Shown: positions 1-10,758 of the stretch, one piece after another
How positions within the stretch are numbered: the first letter of the stretch is position 1
How the letters are laid out: every line of letters starts with the position of its first letter
From: Candidatus Poribacteria bacterium
GTDB taxonomy: Bacteria > Poribacteria > WGA-4E > PCPOR2b
Assembly (NCBI GenBank): GCA_965218095.1
Contig: OZ244587.1
Span: 736,001 to 800,000 of the forward strand
DNA: 64,000 bases
Direction: 5' to 3'
The notes under the pieces: generated by a model
Told to the model about the DNA's origin: nothing
Seen by the model: the letters and a program-made list of their open reading frames with translations, nothing else
Database searches by the model: none
Made by a program: the position numbers and the translations under genes

Positions 1-2
1 AC

Positions 3-1022
3 GAGTCGATCATCAATGCGATGGTGTCCGACCTGCTTATCGCCGTCAACGCCGACAAGAATCATTGGCACGTTGGTTGAATCCTCGTAAAACAGGCTTT
101 TCGCCCACAAGCCGTGATTTCCAAGCATATCGCCGTGATCAGATGTGAACAGGATGATGGTGTCGTCCAGCAGCCCCTCTTCGCGCAGCGTTCCGATGAC
201 AACCCGAAGCTGATGGTCGATATGCGTACAGAGCGCGTAAAATGCCCGGCGCGCTGACCGGATCTGATATTCCGTAACAGGAACCAATTGCTCCTGCCGC
301 GCTTTGAGACAGTACGGAAGCCTATCCGGATCTGATGCCCATTCGCCGATGTACGGCTGTCCCGGATCGATCTCGCGGTACATATCGAGGTAACACGCTA
401 GTGGCTCCACAGGTGGATGGGGGTGACAGTAGGAGAGATACCAGAACCCTGGACGGGTTGGATCGCGTCGCTTGATAAGCCGTGCCATCTGCTGCGTCGT
501 CCAATTGGTGACATGACATCCCTCCGGCAGATGCCACGGGCGGTTGAGATATTCATTATTACCCATCCCGTGAGCGAATTGCTGCCCCGCATAGCCTCGA
601 TCTCCGAGGAACAGTTCATAGTCATCAACGACGCCATATTGCAGCCGCCCTTCTTCACTCAGGACCACGTCGTCGAAGCCGATCCGGTTACGCTGTGGAT
701 AGACGTGCAGTTTTCCAACAGCATACGCCTGATAGCCAGCGTCTCGGAGGGTTTGAGCGATGGTCGGAACTTCGGGCATCCGGAGCGTTCCCTGATTTTC
801 GCGACAACCGTGCATACGCGGCGTTGTCCCCGTCATCAGCGTCCGTCGGGCGGGAATGCACACCGGACATTCACTGTAACCGCGGATGAAGCGAACACCG
901 CTGCGTGCCAGTTCATCCAGCGTCGGTGTCTGGATAGCGGGATGCCCAGCCTCCCCGAGCAGGGACGTGGGCCAGTGATCTGTGCAGATCAGAAGCACAT
1001 GGGGACGGTCAGATGTTGACAT
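3..1022 (-). CDS. Sulfatase (Cys-type), 3' end runs off window
   Basis: Manual translation (not in ORF track): MSTSDRPHVLLICTDHW...CPVCIPARRTLMTG (CxPxR), GKLH, HPHPP, IILFTSDHGDMLGNHGLWAKSLFYEDSTNVPMI. Confidence 0.9.
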   Translation of the reverse strand, partial: MSTSDRPHVLLICTDHWPTSLLGEAGHPAIQTPTLDELARSGVRFIRGYSECPVCIPARRTLMTGTTPRMHGCRENQGTLRMPEVPTIAQTLRDAGYQAYAVGKLHVYPQRNRIGFDDVVLSEEGRLQYGVVDDYELFLGDRGYAGQQFAHGMGNNEYLNRPWHLPEGCHVTNWTTQQMARLIKRRDPTRPGFWYLSYCHPHPPVEPLACYLDMYREIDPGQPYIGEWASDPDRLPYCLKARQEQLVPVTEYQIRSARRAFYALCTHIDHQLRVVIGTLREEGLLDDTIILFTSDHGDMLGNHGLWAKSLFYEDSTNVPMILVGVDGDKQVGHHRIDDRL

Positions 1023-1074
1023 GACACTTCCTTTCATCAGCCGTAGGATGATCTGTTAGATCGTTTGTGAACGA

Positions 1075-2517
1075 CTAGATCACAAACATCTGCATGAATT
1101 CATTGACCGACATGGCCTCCAATCGTTTCTGGTCAAGGCAAAGTTCCATGATCGCCTGCGCTTGCTTCGCCGGAAAACGGGTCGCCAGATTGGCAGCAAA
1201 TTTTTCCTCCAACAACGGAATCCCTTCGGCTCGGCGGTGACGATGCCCAATCGGGTATTCGACGGTGACCTTTTCGGTAGTTGAGCCATCCTTAAAACGA
1301 ATTTGGAGCGCATTGGTAATCGAACGTTTGTCTGGGTCGAGATAGTTTTTGGTATACTGGGGGGCTTCCACAACGGTCATTTTTTCGCGTAAGACATAGA
1401 TACGCGGGTCAGCCGCAACCTCATCTTCGTAGTGGTCAGCGGTCAGCGTGCCATAGATCAGCCCAATCGCTGTCATGTACTGGAGACAGTGATCGCGATC
1501 CGCGGGATTGTGCAGTGGACCCGTTTTTGAGATAATCCGTATCGCGGATTTGTGGGTCGTAATCATAATCGTGTCGATTTGATCGAGACGATCCTTCACC
1601 TGATGGTGCAACTTGAAAGCGCATTCAACAGCCGTCTGGGCGTGGAATTCCGCAGGGAATGAGATTTTGAACAGGATATTCTCCATCACGTAAGAGGCGT
1701 ACGGCTGCCGTCGGATGAATGACTTCCCTTTGAACAACACGTCGTAAAAGCCCCACGTCCTGGCGGACATCGCAGAGGGATAGCCCATTTCCCCCTTCAT
1801 CGCCATCAACGCCAGCCATAGCGCGCGGCTCGTCGCATCACCCGCCGCCCACGATTTCCGCGACCCGGTGTTGGGGGCGTGTCGGTAGACTCGCAAACTC
1901 CCGCCGTCCACAAAAGCGTTGGAGACAGCGTTGATGATTTCTTCTACGCTGCCTCCCAGCATTCCGGTAACGACCGCCGTTGAGGCAACTTTCACAAAGT
2001 GTACGTGGTCCAAGCCAACACGGTTCAAGCTGTTTTCCAGTGCGAGAACGCCTTGGATTTCGTAGGCTTTGATCATGGCGGTGAGTACGTCACGCATCAC
2101 GAACGGCGGACGACCGTCCGCCAGATTCCGGTGACTTAGGTAATCCGCGGTTGCCAGGATGCCGCCCAAATTGTCGGACGGGTGTCCCCACTCCGCCGCC
2201 AGCCAGGTGTCGTTGTAGTCCAGCCAGCGAAGCAGACAGCCCATATTGAACGCCGCCTGCACCGGATCTAATTCAAACTGAGTCCCCGGAACGCGGGCCC
2301 CATGTGGGACGTGCGTGCCAGGGACAATTGGGCCCAGGTGTTTGGTGCATTCGGGATAGCGCAGCGCCAGCAGAGCACAGCCAAGGGAGTCCATCAGACA
2401 ATGGCGGGCGGTCTCGTAAGCGAGGTCACTGTCGATAACGCCATCAGCGACGTACTCGGCGATGTCAACGAGTACCGGGTCAGGTTTGGAGCGAACATTG
2501 GAAATGGGAGTGATCAT
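1075..2517 (-). CDS. prpD: 2-methylcitrate dehydratase (MmgE/PrpD)
   Basis: [69 protein letters not shown]. Confidence 0.95.
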   Translation of the reverse strand: MITPISNVRSKPDPVLVDIAEYVADGVIDSDLAYETARHCLMDSLGCALLALRYPECTKHLGPIVPGTHVPHGARVPGTQFELDPVQAAFNMGCLLRWLDYNDTWLAAEWGHPSDNLGGILATADYLSHRNLADGRPPFVMRDVLTAMIKAYEIQGVLALENSLNRVGLDHVHFVKVASTAVVTGMLGGSVEEIINAVSNAFVDGGSLRVYRHAPNTGSRKSWAAGDATSRALWLALMAMKGEMGYPSAMSARTWGFYDVLFKGKSFIRRQPYASYVMENILFKISFPAEFHAQTAVECAFKLHHQVKDRLDQIDTIMITTHKSAIRIISKTGPLHNPADRDHCLQYMTAIGLIYGTLTADHYEDEVAADPRIYVLREKMTVVEAPQYTKNYLDPDKRSITNALQIRFKDGSTTEKVTVEYPIGHRHRRAEGIPLLEEKFAANLATRFPAKQAQAIMELCLDQKRLEAMSVNEFMQMFVI

Positions 2518-2578
2518 GAAAGCATTTTCCTTTTCTGTTCTCTATGCATCGATTAAATCAATTATTCTTTGAGCCCTT

Positions 2579-2763
2579 TCAAGGATCTTATCTTTATAAC
2601 CCATGACCCGCGTGCGGACTCGGTTCGCTTGAATGTCTTCGACAGCCGGGATGAGCCGGGTCCCCCGAAACGCATTCGGCCAGGCATCTTCATCCTGTCG
2701 CACGGGGAGGCCATCCCGGTTGCTCCGGGTGAGTTCATCAAATGCCGCTATTGCCTCCTGCGG
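2579..2763 (-). pseudogene. Internal fragment of an amidase-family gene
   Basis: Manual translation EAIAAFDELTRSNRDGLPVRQDEDAWPNAFRGTRLIPAVEDIQANRVRTRVM resembles an amidase-signature-family segment; no start, about 60 codons. Confidence 0.6.
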
Positions 2764-4743
2764 CTAATTGCGTTCCGAAATTTGCAAACGCCAATTGAAA
2801 AGACCGACGACCAGGACGACAATCAATGCCAGCAGTTGCAGCCCGGTTAAACTCGCACCGGATTTGGTGAAAAAGAAAATCATCGCTGCAACAAACAGTG
2901 TCGCCCGTTTCCAAAAACCGAGCGGCGCAAACAAATGACCAGAGATACTCGCAGCCAGGGGGATAATTCCAAAGGCGGTGATCAGGACGTTTACCGCTAC
3001 AGCGACAAAACCAGCGGCGCCCCCATCCGGGGATAAGAATAATAATTCTGGTCGCAAAACAAAGGCGTAAGGCAAAGCAAACCCCACCAACGCGAAACGG
3101 AAGGCGGCGAATCCGGTTTGCATGATGCCGGTGCCCGCAATAGCGCCCGCCGTATAAGCCGCCAGAGCTACTGGCGGAGTCACCATCGACATCATGCCGA
3201 AATAAAAGATAAAGAGATGGGCGGCGAGAGGTACCAGGCCCAAATCACCCAGAACGGGTCCAACTAATGTCGCCATGAGCAGGTAACACACCGACGACGG
3301 TAATCCCATCCCAAGGATGATTGTCGAAATCATCAAGAAGACCAGTGCAAAAATCAGGTTGTCTTGGGCGAGCAGCAAAAGGGTTCCTGGTAACTTCGTA
3401 CCGACCCCTGTCAGGGTGACCACGCCAAGGATCAAACCCACGCATGAAGCTGCCGCAATTAGCGAAACGCCGCCATGAGCAGTCTTTTCCATCGCCTCCA
3501 AAACACCGCGGGGGCCAACGCGGGTTTGCTTGCTAAAGGCACTCAGAATCAGGATTAAAAGCAAGCTCAAACTAACTGCTCGAAACGGCGTGTAACCGAG
3601 CGCCAAAAAAAGGATGAGCGTGGCGAATGCAGCAAAAAAGATGAATCCCCCGCTACGCCCATCCCGATTCTCGGGATGGGCGCTTCGCTCGGCTTGCACC
3701 GCTGGCGGGATTGCGGTTTCACCTTCTTTGGCGCCTTCGGTCAATGCGTCCACACGACGGGCGTAGAAATGAACGATCAAGAGAAGCGCTGTGTAATAGA
3801 GAACCGCAGGAATCAGCGCGGCTTTGATAATTTCCAAATAGGTGACAGCTGGCTGGATGAGCTCCAGCATCATGTAGGCCCCTGCCCCCATGATGGGTGG
3901 GACCAGCGCCCCGCCTGAACTAGCTGCGGCTTCAACGCCGGCGGCAATGGTCGGTTTGAATCCGGCGCCTCGCATCATGGGGATGGTAAAGGTACCGGTG
4001 GTAGCTGTGTTAGCCACGGCGCTGCCGGAAAGCGACCCCATCATGCCACTGCTGATGACGGCGACCTTAGCGGGGCCACCGGCGCTCGAGCGAAACAAAC
4101 GTCTCGCGAAGCTGATGGTATAGCCAGTTGCTCCTGTTTTTTCTAGCAATGTTCCAAACAGGACGAAGAGAAACACATAGGTGAACATCACCTTTAAGGC
4201 AATGCCAAACACACCCTGGCTATGCAGAAAGGTTTGGCTGACAATCCGTTGCCAGGAGTAACCCCTGTGAGGGAATAGCCAGTCTGGCATTAACGGTCCC
4301 AAAGCCGCGTAAGCTAAAAAGGCAAGAGACAGGACGCAAAGGGTCAAGCCGATAGCGCGACGTGTCGCTTCCAAAACCAGGAACAGCCCCAACAGTCCCA
4401 CGACGTAGTCCCACGATTGCTCCATGCCCGCCCGATTCCCAAGGGGCTGACCACCAAGCCAGAACGTTTCAAACATAGGCTCCGTTTGGATCAGGATATA
4501 ACCAAAGCAGATCGCCGCGGCGATAGCCAAAACGAAATCCAAAACATGGAAAACAACCTTTTCCTCAAGCCGACGGTGGATGGGGTATTTGAGAAAAACT
4601 AAGATCAAGCCCAGCATGGCGAAAATCGCCAATTGGGATTGGGGCGAAAGCCGGGGATAATTGACCTCGATCAAAATAAACAAGCTGAGAATCGCCGTGA
4701 GCGTCCGAAAAATGATTTGCCCAATCCGTTGGAGGATGTTCAT
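2764..4743 (-). CDS. TRAP transporter fused 4TM/12TM permease (TAXI-associated)
   Basis: GGPAKVAVISSGMMGSLSGSAVAN, EAAASSGGALVPPIMGAGAY, LGMGLP, VTPPVALAAY; ATG overlaps the TGA of the upstream gene. Confidence 0.93.
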   Translation of the reverse strand: MNILQRIGQIIFRTLTAILSLFILIEVNYPRLSPQSQLAIFAMLGLILVFLKYPIHRRLEEKVVFHVLDFVLAIAAAICFGYILIQTEPMFETFWLGGQPLGNRAGMEQSWDYVVGLLGLFLVLEATRRAIGLTLCVLSLAFLAYAALGPLMPDWLFPHRGYSWQRIVSQTFLHSQGVFGIALKVMFTYVFLFVLFGTLLEKTGATGYTISFARRLFRSSAGGPAKVAVISSGMMGSLSGSAVANTATTGTFTIPMMRGAGFKPTIAAGVEAAASSGGALVPPIMGAGAYMMLELIQPAVTYLEIIKAALIPAVLYYTALLLIVHFYARRVDALTEGAKEGETAIPPAVQAERSAHPENRDGRSGGFIFFAAFATLILFLALGYTPFRAVSLSLLLILILSAFSKQTRVGPRGVLEAMEKTAHGGVSLIAAASCVGLILGVVTLTGVGTKLPGTLLLLAQDNLIFALVFLMISTIILGMGLPSSVCYLLMATLVGPVLGDLGLVPLAAHLFIFYFGMMSMVTPPVALAAYTAGAIAGTGIMQTGFAAFRFALVGFALPYAFVLRPELLFLSPDGGAAGFVAVAVNVLITAFGIIPLAASISGHLFAPLGFWKRATLFVAAMIFFFTKSGASLTGLQLLALIVVLVVGLFNWRLQISERN

Positions 4744-5786
4744 TTCTGAGGCCAAATCCCAATTTCCTTGTAATAGCGAACCGCACCGGGATGGAACGGC
4801 GTACCGGTGTCCTTAACGACGTTTTGGGGGTTGATTGCCTTACCCGCAGGGTGTCTCTTCACGACCTCAACGCGGTGTTCGTAGAGGATTTTGGTGAAGC
4901 GGTAAACCTCTTCCGCGTCCATGTTTGCGGCGGAGATCAGGTGCATGGCGCCGACATTCATGCCATGGAAGGGCTCGTCTTGATCCCGATAGGTTCCCGC
5001 AGGAATAGTAGCAGCGTTAAAAAACGGGTAGTTTTCAAACAGACGCTGTTTCGCCGCGTCATCAAAGGGGATGAAAAAGATGTTCTGGGACGCGGAGGCT
5101 TGGGTAATTGATGCCGTGGGGACCGCACCACCCAGGAAAGCGGCGGCGGCAGAACCATCAGCCAGCATGTCAACAGCACCAGCCTGAGTGTTGTGGAGCG
5201 GCGTAAAATCCTGGTAGGTCACGCCGTGTGCCGCCAGAATCGGTTCCAGGAAGTACTTGAACCCTGCGCCGGCGGGCCCAACCACCACACGCTTGCCCTT
5301 TAGATCCGCAATCTTCTTTACACCGGAAGATTTTTTTGTGATAAAAAGGGCGACGTTCAGCGCAAGGGTCATCACTGTGCGCACAGGGTGTTCCCGCTTC
5401 CACGCCCCCTCGCCGCGAACGGCGAAATAGGAGATGGCGGCGTTGGCGAGGGCGAACTCCAATTCACCGCTGATCAGACGCCGGATATTTTCCTGCGTGC
5501 CTTTGGTTGCTTCGGCAGAAACTTTCCAGTTCAGGTCACCCACATTCTCGCTGACGACTTGCGCAATGGTACCGCCAACCACAAAAAACGCCCCACCTGG
5601 CGGCGCCGTTCCAACACTGAGGAATTGACGTTTTCCCCTTTTTTTCTCCGGGTTGCCGCTTGCGTTGGATAGAGTCAAACATAACGTGGCGAGAAGCGCC
5701 AGAATTATAAAAAAACCTCGCAGACACGGTATGCAGGGGTTAAAGCCCCACACTAATAGCTGTCTGCCTTTTTCAGTTGAATCCAT
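4740..5786 (-). CDS. TAXI-family TRAP solute-binding protein
   Basis: GTAPPGGAFF, EATKGTQENI, DLKGKRVVVGPAGAG, PFHPGAVRYYKEIG; start placed at ATG after AAAGGAG. Confidence 0.92.
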   Translation of the reverse strand: MDSTEKGRQLLVWGFNPCIPCLRGFFIILALLATLCLTLSNASGNPEKKRGKRQFLSVGTAPPGGAFFVVGGTIAQVVSENVGDLNWKVSAEATKGTQENIRRLISGELEFALANAAISYFAVRGEGAWKREHPVRTVMTLALNVALFITKKSSGVKKIADLKGKRVVVGPAGAGFKYFLEPILAAHGVTYQDFTPLHNTQAGAVDMLADGSAAAAFLGGAVPTASITQASASQNIFFIPFDDAAKQRLFENYPFFNAATIPAGTYRDQDEPFHGMNVGAMHLISAANMDAEEVYRFTKILYEHRVEVVKRHPAGKAINPQNVVKDTGTPFHPGAVRYYKEIGIWPQK

Positions 5787-5805
5787 GAATATGCTCCTTT
5801 CAAAT

Positions 5806-6060
5806 TCAGTCCACGCTCCAGAGGGCAAACATCGCAGCATCTTTGATCAGAATCTGTTTTCCCAGAACAACCAGATGCGCCCAGGTCGGACTATCAGCGA
5901 CCGAACACTGCGCGATCGGCTCAAATTTTCGCGCTTCTCTTAACGATGATCAACCCGGCATCAGTCGTCAGAAGGAACAACGCTTCTCCGGCACTGAGGA
6001 TCGCATCGCGGTTCTGTCCTCGCCACTGCGGCCATTCCCCGCTGCGCGGGATTTCGCTAC
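5806..6060 (-). pseudogene. Internally deleted PQQ-like beta-propeller gene remnant
   Basis: GEWPQWRGQNRDA joined directly to ILSAGEALFLLTTDAGLIIVKRSAK, frameshift, then FEPIAQCSVADSPTWAHLVVLGKQILIKDAAMFALWSVD*. Confidence 0.75.
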
Positions 6061-6071
6061 CCTCAACCTCA

Positions 6072-7334
6072 TTACAAATTCATTTCCTCCGGAAGCGGAC
6101 ACATTTGACTCAAGGGCCCAAAGATTCCACTGACATCTTTCCTATAAATATTGCCGCTGAGTATGTCAACGATTCCCTGCTGGCACTCCGGGAACCGTTT
6201 CAAGAATCTGGCAAAACTGAAGTCCCTCGTATAAAAGGCATATACCAGTTTACGAATGGCTTCCATTCCCGGCACAAATTCAGGTCCGAAACACCCCAAT
6301 TGCTCGCCTGAAAAATCTCCCTTTGCAAAAGCTTCATTGATGGCATCCGCTGCCATCTCGCCGGATTTGAGTGCGAGAAACAGTCCGGAGGAATAGACGG
6401 GATCTAAAAATCCAAAAGCATCCCCGACGAGCACCCAACCATCTCCGGCAATTTGACTGGCTCGATAGGAGAAATCTTTGGTGACTTTAACCGGGAAGAC
6501 CTGCTTTGCATTTGCGAGTCGCGGTTTCAAGGCAGGGCACTTTTCGAGTTCATCATCAAAAATCTGCTGGTGGGAGAGTGATTTGCGGTTCTGTATTAGA
6601 TAATCGATTGAAGCGACTACACCCACGCTCACGCGATTATAGGGAAGTGGGATGTACCAGAACCACGAATCCTTATTCTCGGTGTGGAGAATTAATGTCG
6701 CGCCCTCGTCAATGCCTTCATCCCGAACCCCGCCCGCAAAGTGTGTAAAAATCGAAGCCTTTTTCAGGTTAGGCTCCGTTGTGTTTATTTTCAACTTCCG
6801 CGAAATCAGGGCGCTTTGCCCCGTCGAATCCACGATGATTTTTGCCGGGAATTCTTTTATATTTCCGTCCGAAAGCTTTGCCCGGACACCAACCGCTTTT
6901 TCACCTCCAAACAACACCTCGTGAACACTGACCCCTCGTTGCACTTCCGCCCCTTTTTCCTGAGCATTTTCGAGCAGCATCTGGTCAAACTCGCTGCGAA
7001 GCACTTGCCAGGTCACAGAACGCTCATGGGGGTCACTTTGGTAAAAATAGAACGGCGAGGACGCTCTTCCAGAACCAGAATAAAACTGGACGCTGTATTT
7101 TTTGGGGAAATGACTGGCTTTCAGTTTTTCCAGAACGCCCAGCCGCTTAAATGTCCAATAAGTCGCCGGCATCAGCGATTCGCCGATCTTAAACCGGGAG
7201 GATTTATCGCGTTCCAGAAGCAGGATCCGATGTCCCTTCTCTGCGACTAATGCGGCGGTGGTGCTGCCCCCAGGCCCACCACCGATGACGATTACGTCGT
7301 AGTTGTTATTTTGAGGAAAGTTTAGTTTTTTCAT
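6072..7334 (-). CDS. Flavin-dependent halogenase-like FAD oxidoreductase
   Basis: GGGPGG, KIGESLMP, Lys in HFPKKY, RSEFDQML, WFWYIP (WxWxIP), GDAFGFLDPVYSSG. Confidence 0.8.
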   Translation of the reverse strand: MKKLNFPQNNNYDVIVIGGGPGGSTTAALVAEKGHRILLLERDKSSRFKIGESLMPATYWTFKRLGVLEKLKASHFPKKYSVQFYSGSGRASSPFYFYQSDPHERSVTWQVLRSEFDQMLLENAQEKGAEVQRGVSVHEVLFGGEKAVGVRAKLSDGNIKEFPAKIIVDSTGQSALISRKLKINTTEPNLKKASIFTHFAGGVRDEGIDEGATLILHTENKDSWFWYIPLPYNRVSVGVVASIDYLIQNRKSLSHQQIFDDELEKCPALKPRLANAKQVFPVKVTKDFSYRASQIAGDGWVLVGDAFGFLDPVYSSGLFLALKSGEMAADAINEAFAKGDFSGEQLGCFGPEFVPGMEAIRKLVYAFYTRDFSFARFLKRFPECQQGIVDILSGNIYRKDVSGIFGPLSQMCPLPEEMNL

Positions 7335-7525
7335 CGTTCATATTCGGTTTTTGCTGTTGAATCTTGCTCAGGTTGCAGGTTTACTTCTTGCGTTTTCCAC
7401 AAGCGGTACAGTTCAATTGTCCGCCTCATGAGCCATTTCTGGTCACTTGGGACAATGATTTTGACACCTTCATCCACTAATTCTTCCAGACGCCACCATC
7501 AAAACTGATCAGCTACTCTCCTAAC

Positions 7526-8845
7526 TCACTCACTTATCACGTTTCCATTGAGACGACGATAGTCCGTCAACCGCCGTGCCTTCAACTCAAAGCGAGGCAA
7601 CGTCCCATGAACCACCGGCTTCACATCCACACGTAGTCCCAAGGCATCCCGAATCGCTCTAGTGACGGCAGCGGCAATCCTGTCAGATTCAGCGTTGCTA
7701 ACCTCCAGCCGAATCTCCATTTCATCGAGCACCTGCCGGCGATAAACGTCCACCGCAAACTCGCCTACTTCGGGGAAACGGCGGACGATGTTTTCAATGG
7801 CGCTAGGATAGACATTTACGCCGCGTATAATCAGTGCGTCGTCGATTCGTCCGATGACGCCGCCTTCCAAACGCCAAAATGTACGACCGCATTCGCACGG
7901 TTCGGTTTGCAGCTTGACCTGATCGCCGGTGCGGTAGCGGATCACTGGCATGCCAACCCGGCGGAGATTGGTGATAACCAGCTCGCCTTCTTCGGCTGGC
8001 TCACCCGTGGCAGGATTGATGACCTCGCAAATGAATTCACCCTCGTTCAGATGAACGCCCGCCTGTGCCTGACACTCAAACCCCCACGCCCCCACTTCGG
8101 TCGCGCCGGCATGATCGTAACACTTTGCCCTCCACGCGCTTTCGATCCGATGTTTCGTCCCCGGCAGGCTAGCCCCCGGCTCACCAGCGTGAATGGTGAT
8201 GCGAACGTTGGTGTTCGCAATGTCAATCCCCTCCGCTTCGGCGACCTCAGCAAGGCGTAACGCATAAGTCGGCGTACAGATCAAAGTCGAGATGTCATTG
8301 AACCGGATTGCTCTCAGTCGCTGAAGGGAGGTCATCCCGCCGCCCGGAATGGACAGTGCGCCAATGTGGCGAGCCCCTTCGTGGGCGCTCCAGAAGCCGA
8401 TAAACGGACCGAAGGAAAAGGCGAAGAAGATCCGATCGCCCGAGGTCACACTGGCCGCACGATACACCGCCCCCCAGCAGCACGCCCACCAATTCCAACT
8501 CTCCTCGGTATCCAGCCAGCGTAACGGTTCGCCGGTCGTACCAGAGGTTTGATGGATGCGGATGTACCGCTCGCAGGGAAAGGTGAGATTGGTACCATAG
8601 GGTGGGTGAGCTGTCTGATCAGTAGAAAGCTCCTCTTTGGTGGTAAAGGGCGCCTGTCGGTAATCTTCAAGTGTTCGCACATCCTCCGGATGCTTCACCC
8701 CCGCTTCGCCCAGCTTTCGCTGATAGAAGGGGTTGGTCTGCAACACCGGGGAAAGCATCATCTGCAATTTCTTTAATTGGATCTGCGTTAGTGCTTCTCG
8801 CCCCAGCGTTTCAATGCAAGGGTCAAAGTAACTTATTGTCTCCAT
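7526..8845 (-). CDS. Phenylacetate-CoA ligase (PaaK)-family aryl-CoA ligase
   Basis: HQTSGTTGEP, TPTYAL, AGEPG, GATEVG, RYRTGD, GRIDDALIIRGVNVYPSAIE. Confidence 0.88.
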   Translation of the reverse strand: METISYFDPCIETLGREALTQIQLKKLQMMLSPVLQTNPFYQRKLGEAGVKHPEDVRTLEDYRQAPFTTKEELSTDQTAHPPYGTNLTFPCERYIRIHQTSGTTGEPLRWLDTEESWNWWACCWGAVYRAASVTSGDRIFFAFSFGPFIGFWSAHEGARHIGALSIPGGGMTSLQRLRAIRFNDISTLICTPTYALRLAEVAEAEGIDIANTNVRITIHAGEPGASLPGTKHRIESAWRAKCYDHAGATEVGAWGFECQAQAGVHLNEGEFICEVINPATGEPAEEGELVITNLRRVGMPVIRYRTGDQVKLQTEPCECGRTFWRLEGGVIGRIDDALIIRGVNVYPSAIENIVRRFPEVGEFAVDVYRRQVLDEMEIRLEVSNAESDRIAAAVTRAIRDALGLRVDVKPVVHGTLPRFELKARRLTDYRRLNGNVISE

Positions 8846-8862
8846 GTGCGTAAAACTGAAAT

Positions 8863-8891
8863 GGAGAGGCACGGTACGCCATGCCCCTACA
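8863..8891. repeat. GTAG-type REP-like palindrome
   Basis: Minus strand GTAGGGGCATGGCGTACCGTGCCTCT, imperfect hairpin preceded by GTAG. Confidence 0.5.
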
Positions 8892-8904
8892 GGAAAGTCA
8901 ACGA

Positions 8905-9393
8905 TTAGGGATTTTCATTTATTCGCTCAGACGTTGCTAGAGGGCGGGTCATCTCAAAGGTCCCCGTGTATTTTCGGCTGGTATAGAAACCGACGAATTT
9001 TTCTTCAGTCGCTCGGCCAATCCAGTCGTAGGTGCCGCCATCCTGTTTGCCGAGATCGGCGCTGCCTTTGAACAAGACAACCTCCCCGACCCGCCGACCA
9101 GGCATCTGAATCGTATACTTATAGGGACGACCACATTCGCCCTCAAATGTCGCTTCCCATTTATCGGGACTTAACGCCACCACACGACAATCCAGACGCT
9201 GCTGATAATTTTGTGGGGCGCCTGAGACTCCCCAAGTTCCAACCCAATCGCCGCTGATGCGGGGTTGTTCAGCCTGCTGGTATACTAGCTGGGTTTGGCT
9301 GATTTGCGAGGATTTATCTGAGTGGCTACATCCCACACCGAAAATTACGCCTGAAAGCAATACGGCTACTGCTGAAAGTGTGCTAAAACGCAT
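8905..9393 (-). CDS. Hypothetical lipoprotein
   Basis: AAGGAGG RBS; signal peptide ending FGVG-C; beta-rich mature part. Confidence 0.75.
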   Translation of the reverse strand: MRFSTLSAVAVLLSGVIFGVGCSHSDKSSQISQTQLVYQQAEQPRISGDWVGTWGVSGAPQNYQQRLDCRVVALSPDKWEATFEGECGRPYKYTIQMPGRRVGEVVLFKGSADLGKQDGGTYDWIGRATEEKFVGFYTSRKYTGTFEMTRPLATSERINENP

Positions 9394-9407
9394 TTTATCA
9401 AACCTCC

Positions 9408-9480
9408 TTGCGTCAAATGTGAAACGTGATGTGTGGTGCAATTGACGCTTGTCAATTGCAGATTGCAGATTACTGATTTT
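9408..9480. repeat. Degenerate heptamer array plus perfect palindrome TGCAATTGAC-N4-GTCAATTGCA
   Basis: Minus strand caccaca catcacg tttcaca tttgacg directly before the RBS; palindrome at 9437-9460. Confidence 0.6.
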
Positions 9481-9489
9481 CTGCTTGGT

Positions 9490-10758
9490 TTAATTCTGTT
9501 CTGTCATGTCTAAACAGACCATTTCCTTCTGGTTTCGGAGATAAAGTCTGCCACCGGCGAGCGTTGGAACGGTCCAACATTTTCCTTGTAGGACCTGAAC
9601 GCTGGCTTTCTCTTTATATTCCGAAACTAACGCTTCGACCAACGCCAGTTTGCCTTGATCTCCAAGGACAATTAAATGACCATCGGCGAGAATCAAAGTA
9701 CCTTTGCCGAAGCCACGTTGTTTCCATTGTTCCTCCCCGGTGTTTGCCTTGATACACTTTAGGATAGTGTTGTCGAAACCGTACAGATAGTCACCTTGAA
9801 GCACTGACGAGTTGAAATGATTCTTCATCACGCGACTCTGCCATGCTTCCTCAACCACCATCCCATCCGGATCGGCTTTCATTTTGAGGAGTACAGCACC
9901 CTTGTCGTACGAAGCAGAGATGAAAATTTTATCCGGCGCGATGAAGATTGGCGTGGCGATATTGATACCCTCTGGCCAGTGATACTTCCAGTAAATCTGA
10001 CCGTCCTTTGGCGCAACAGAAAGGAGGGTCTTCGATGTTAGAAAAATGATCTGCCGCATGCCATTGAACGTTATGGCAATCGGCGATGAATATGCCGGCG
10101 CGTCTGTATGGGAAGTCCACATCACATGGCCGCTTTTTTTGTCAAATGCGACTATGGATTTTCCAACCTCGCCGCCGACTTCAACCAAAAGGAGATCGCC
10201 TTCAACGAGAGGTGATGAGGAGAATCCCCACGCAGGTATACTGCTACCGAATTCCTCTACGAAATCATGTTCCCACAATTTTTCCCCGTTGCGGGTGTCT
10301 AAGGCGTAGAGCTTGCCTTCTGCCCCCAGCGCAAAAACCCAATCGCCGTCAACGGTCGGCATTGAGCGTGGGCCATCGCCGCGTTGTTCGGTGAATTTGG
10401 AGCCGGACGGACATCGCCAAATTTCCTCTCCATTGGATGCATCTAGGCAAATTACAAACTCGTTGTCACCTTCCGCGGACATCGTGTAGATATGTCCTTG
10501 TGAAATGGCAATAGCCGAAAAACCATCCCCAATCGGGACTCGCCATAAGACATTGGGGCCGTCCTCTGGCCAATTTTTGAGAAAACCGGTTTCATGGGAA
10601 ATCCCATCACGATTGGGCCCGCGCCATTGGGGCCACTCCTCTCCGATATCATCACCGATTTCAGCATTTACTATTCCACTGCTGAAATGCCATGCCAAAA
10701 ACAGCGCGGCCACTGCCAAAAATTTGCTCAAACGGATCAATCGATTTCTACTTCGCAT
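9490..10758 (-). CDS. Secreted PQQ-like (BamB-type) beta-propeller protein
   Basis: Signal peptide, WPQWRGPNRDG, GPRSMPTV, repeated ALD..G...W blades, CWTVPTLAGGRLYLRN. Confidence 0.88.
   Translation of the reverse strand: MRSRNRLIRLSKFLAVAALFLAWHFSSGIVNAEIGDDIGEEWPQWRGPNRDGISHETGFLKNWPEDGPNVLWRVPIGDGFSAIAISQGHIYTMSAEGDNEFVICLDASNGEEIWRCPSGSKFTEQRGDGPRSMPTVDGDWVFALGAEGKLYALDTRNGEKLWEHDFVEEFGSSIPAWGFSSSPLVEGDLLLVEVGGEVGKSIVAFDKKSGHVMWTSHTDAPAYSSPIAITFNGMRQIIFLTSKTLLSVAPKDGQIYWKYHWPEGINIATPIFIAPDKIFISASYDKGAVLLKMKADPDGMVVEEAWQSRVMKNHFNSSVLQGDYLYGFDNTILKCIKANTGEEQWKQRGFGKGTLILADGHLIVLGDQGKLALVEALVSEYKEKASVQVLQGKCWTVPTLAGGRLYLRNQKEMVCLDMTEQN

Noticed and set aside
417-1019. 200-aa plus-strand ORF and the many other short ORFs overlapping long genes
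   Set aside because: Antisense or alternate-frame shadows; the minus strand here encodes a clear sulfatase
7331-7500. Open stretch WRLEELVDEGVKIIVPSDQKWLMRRTIELYRLWKT
   Set aside because: Looks like a gene tail but has no start and I cannot assign a family
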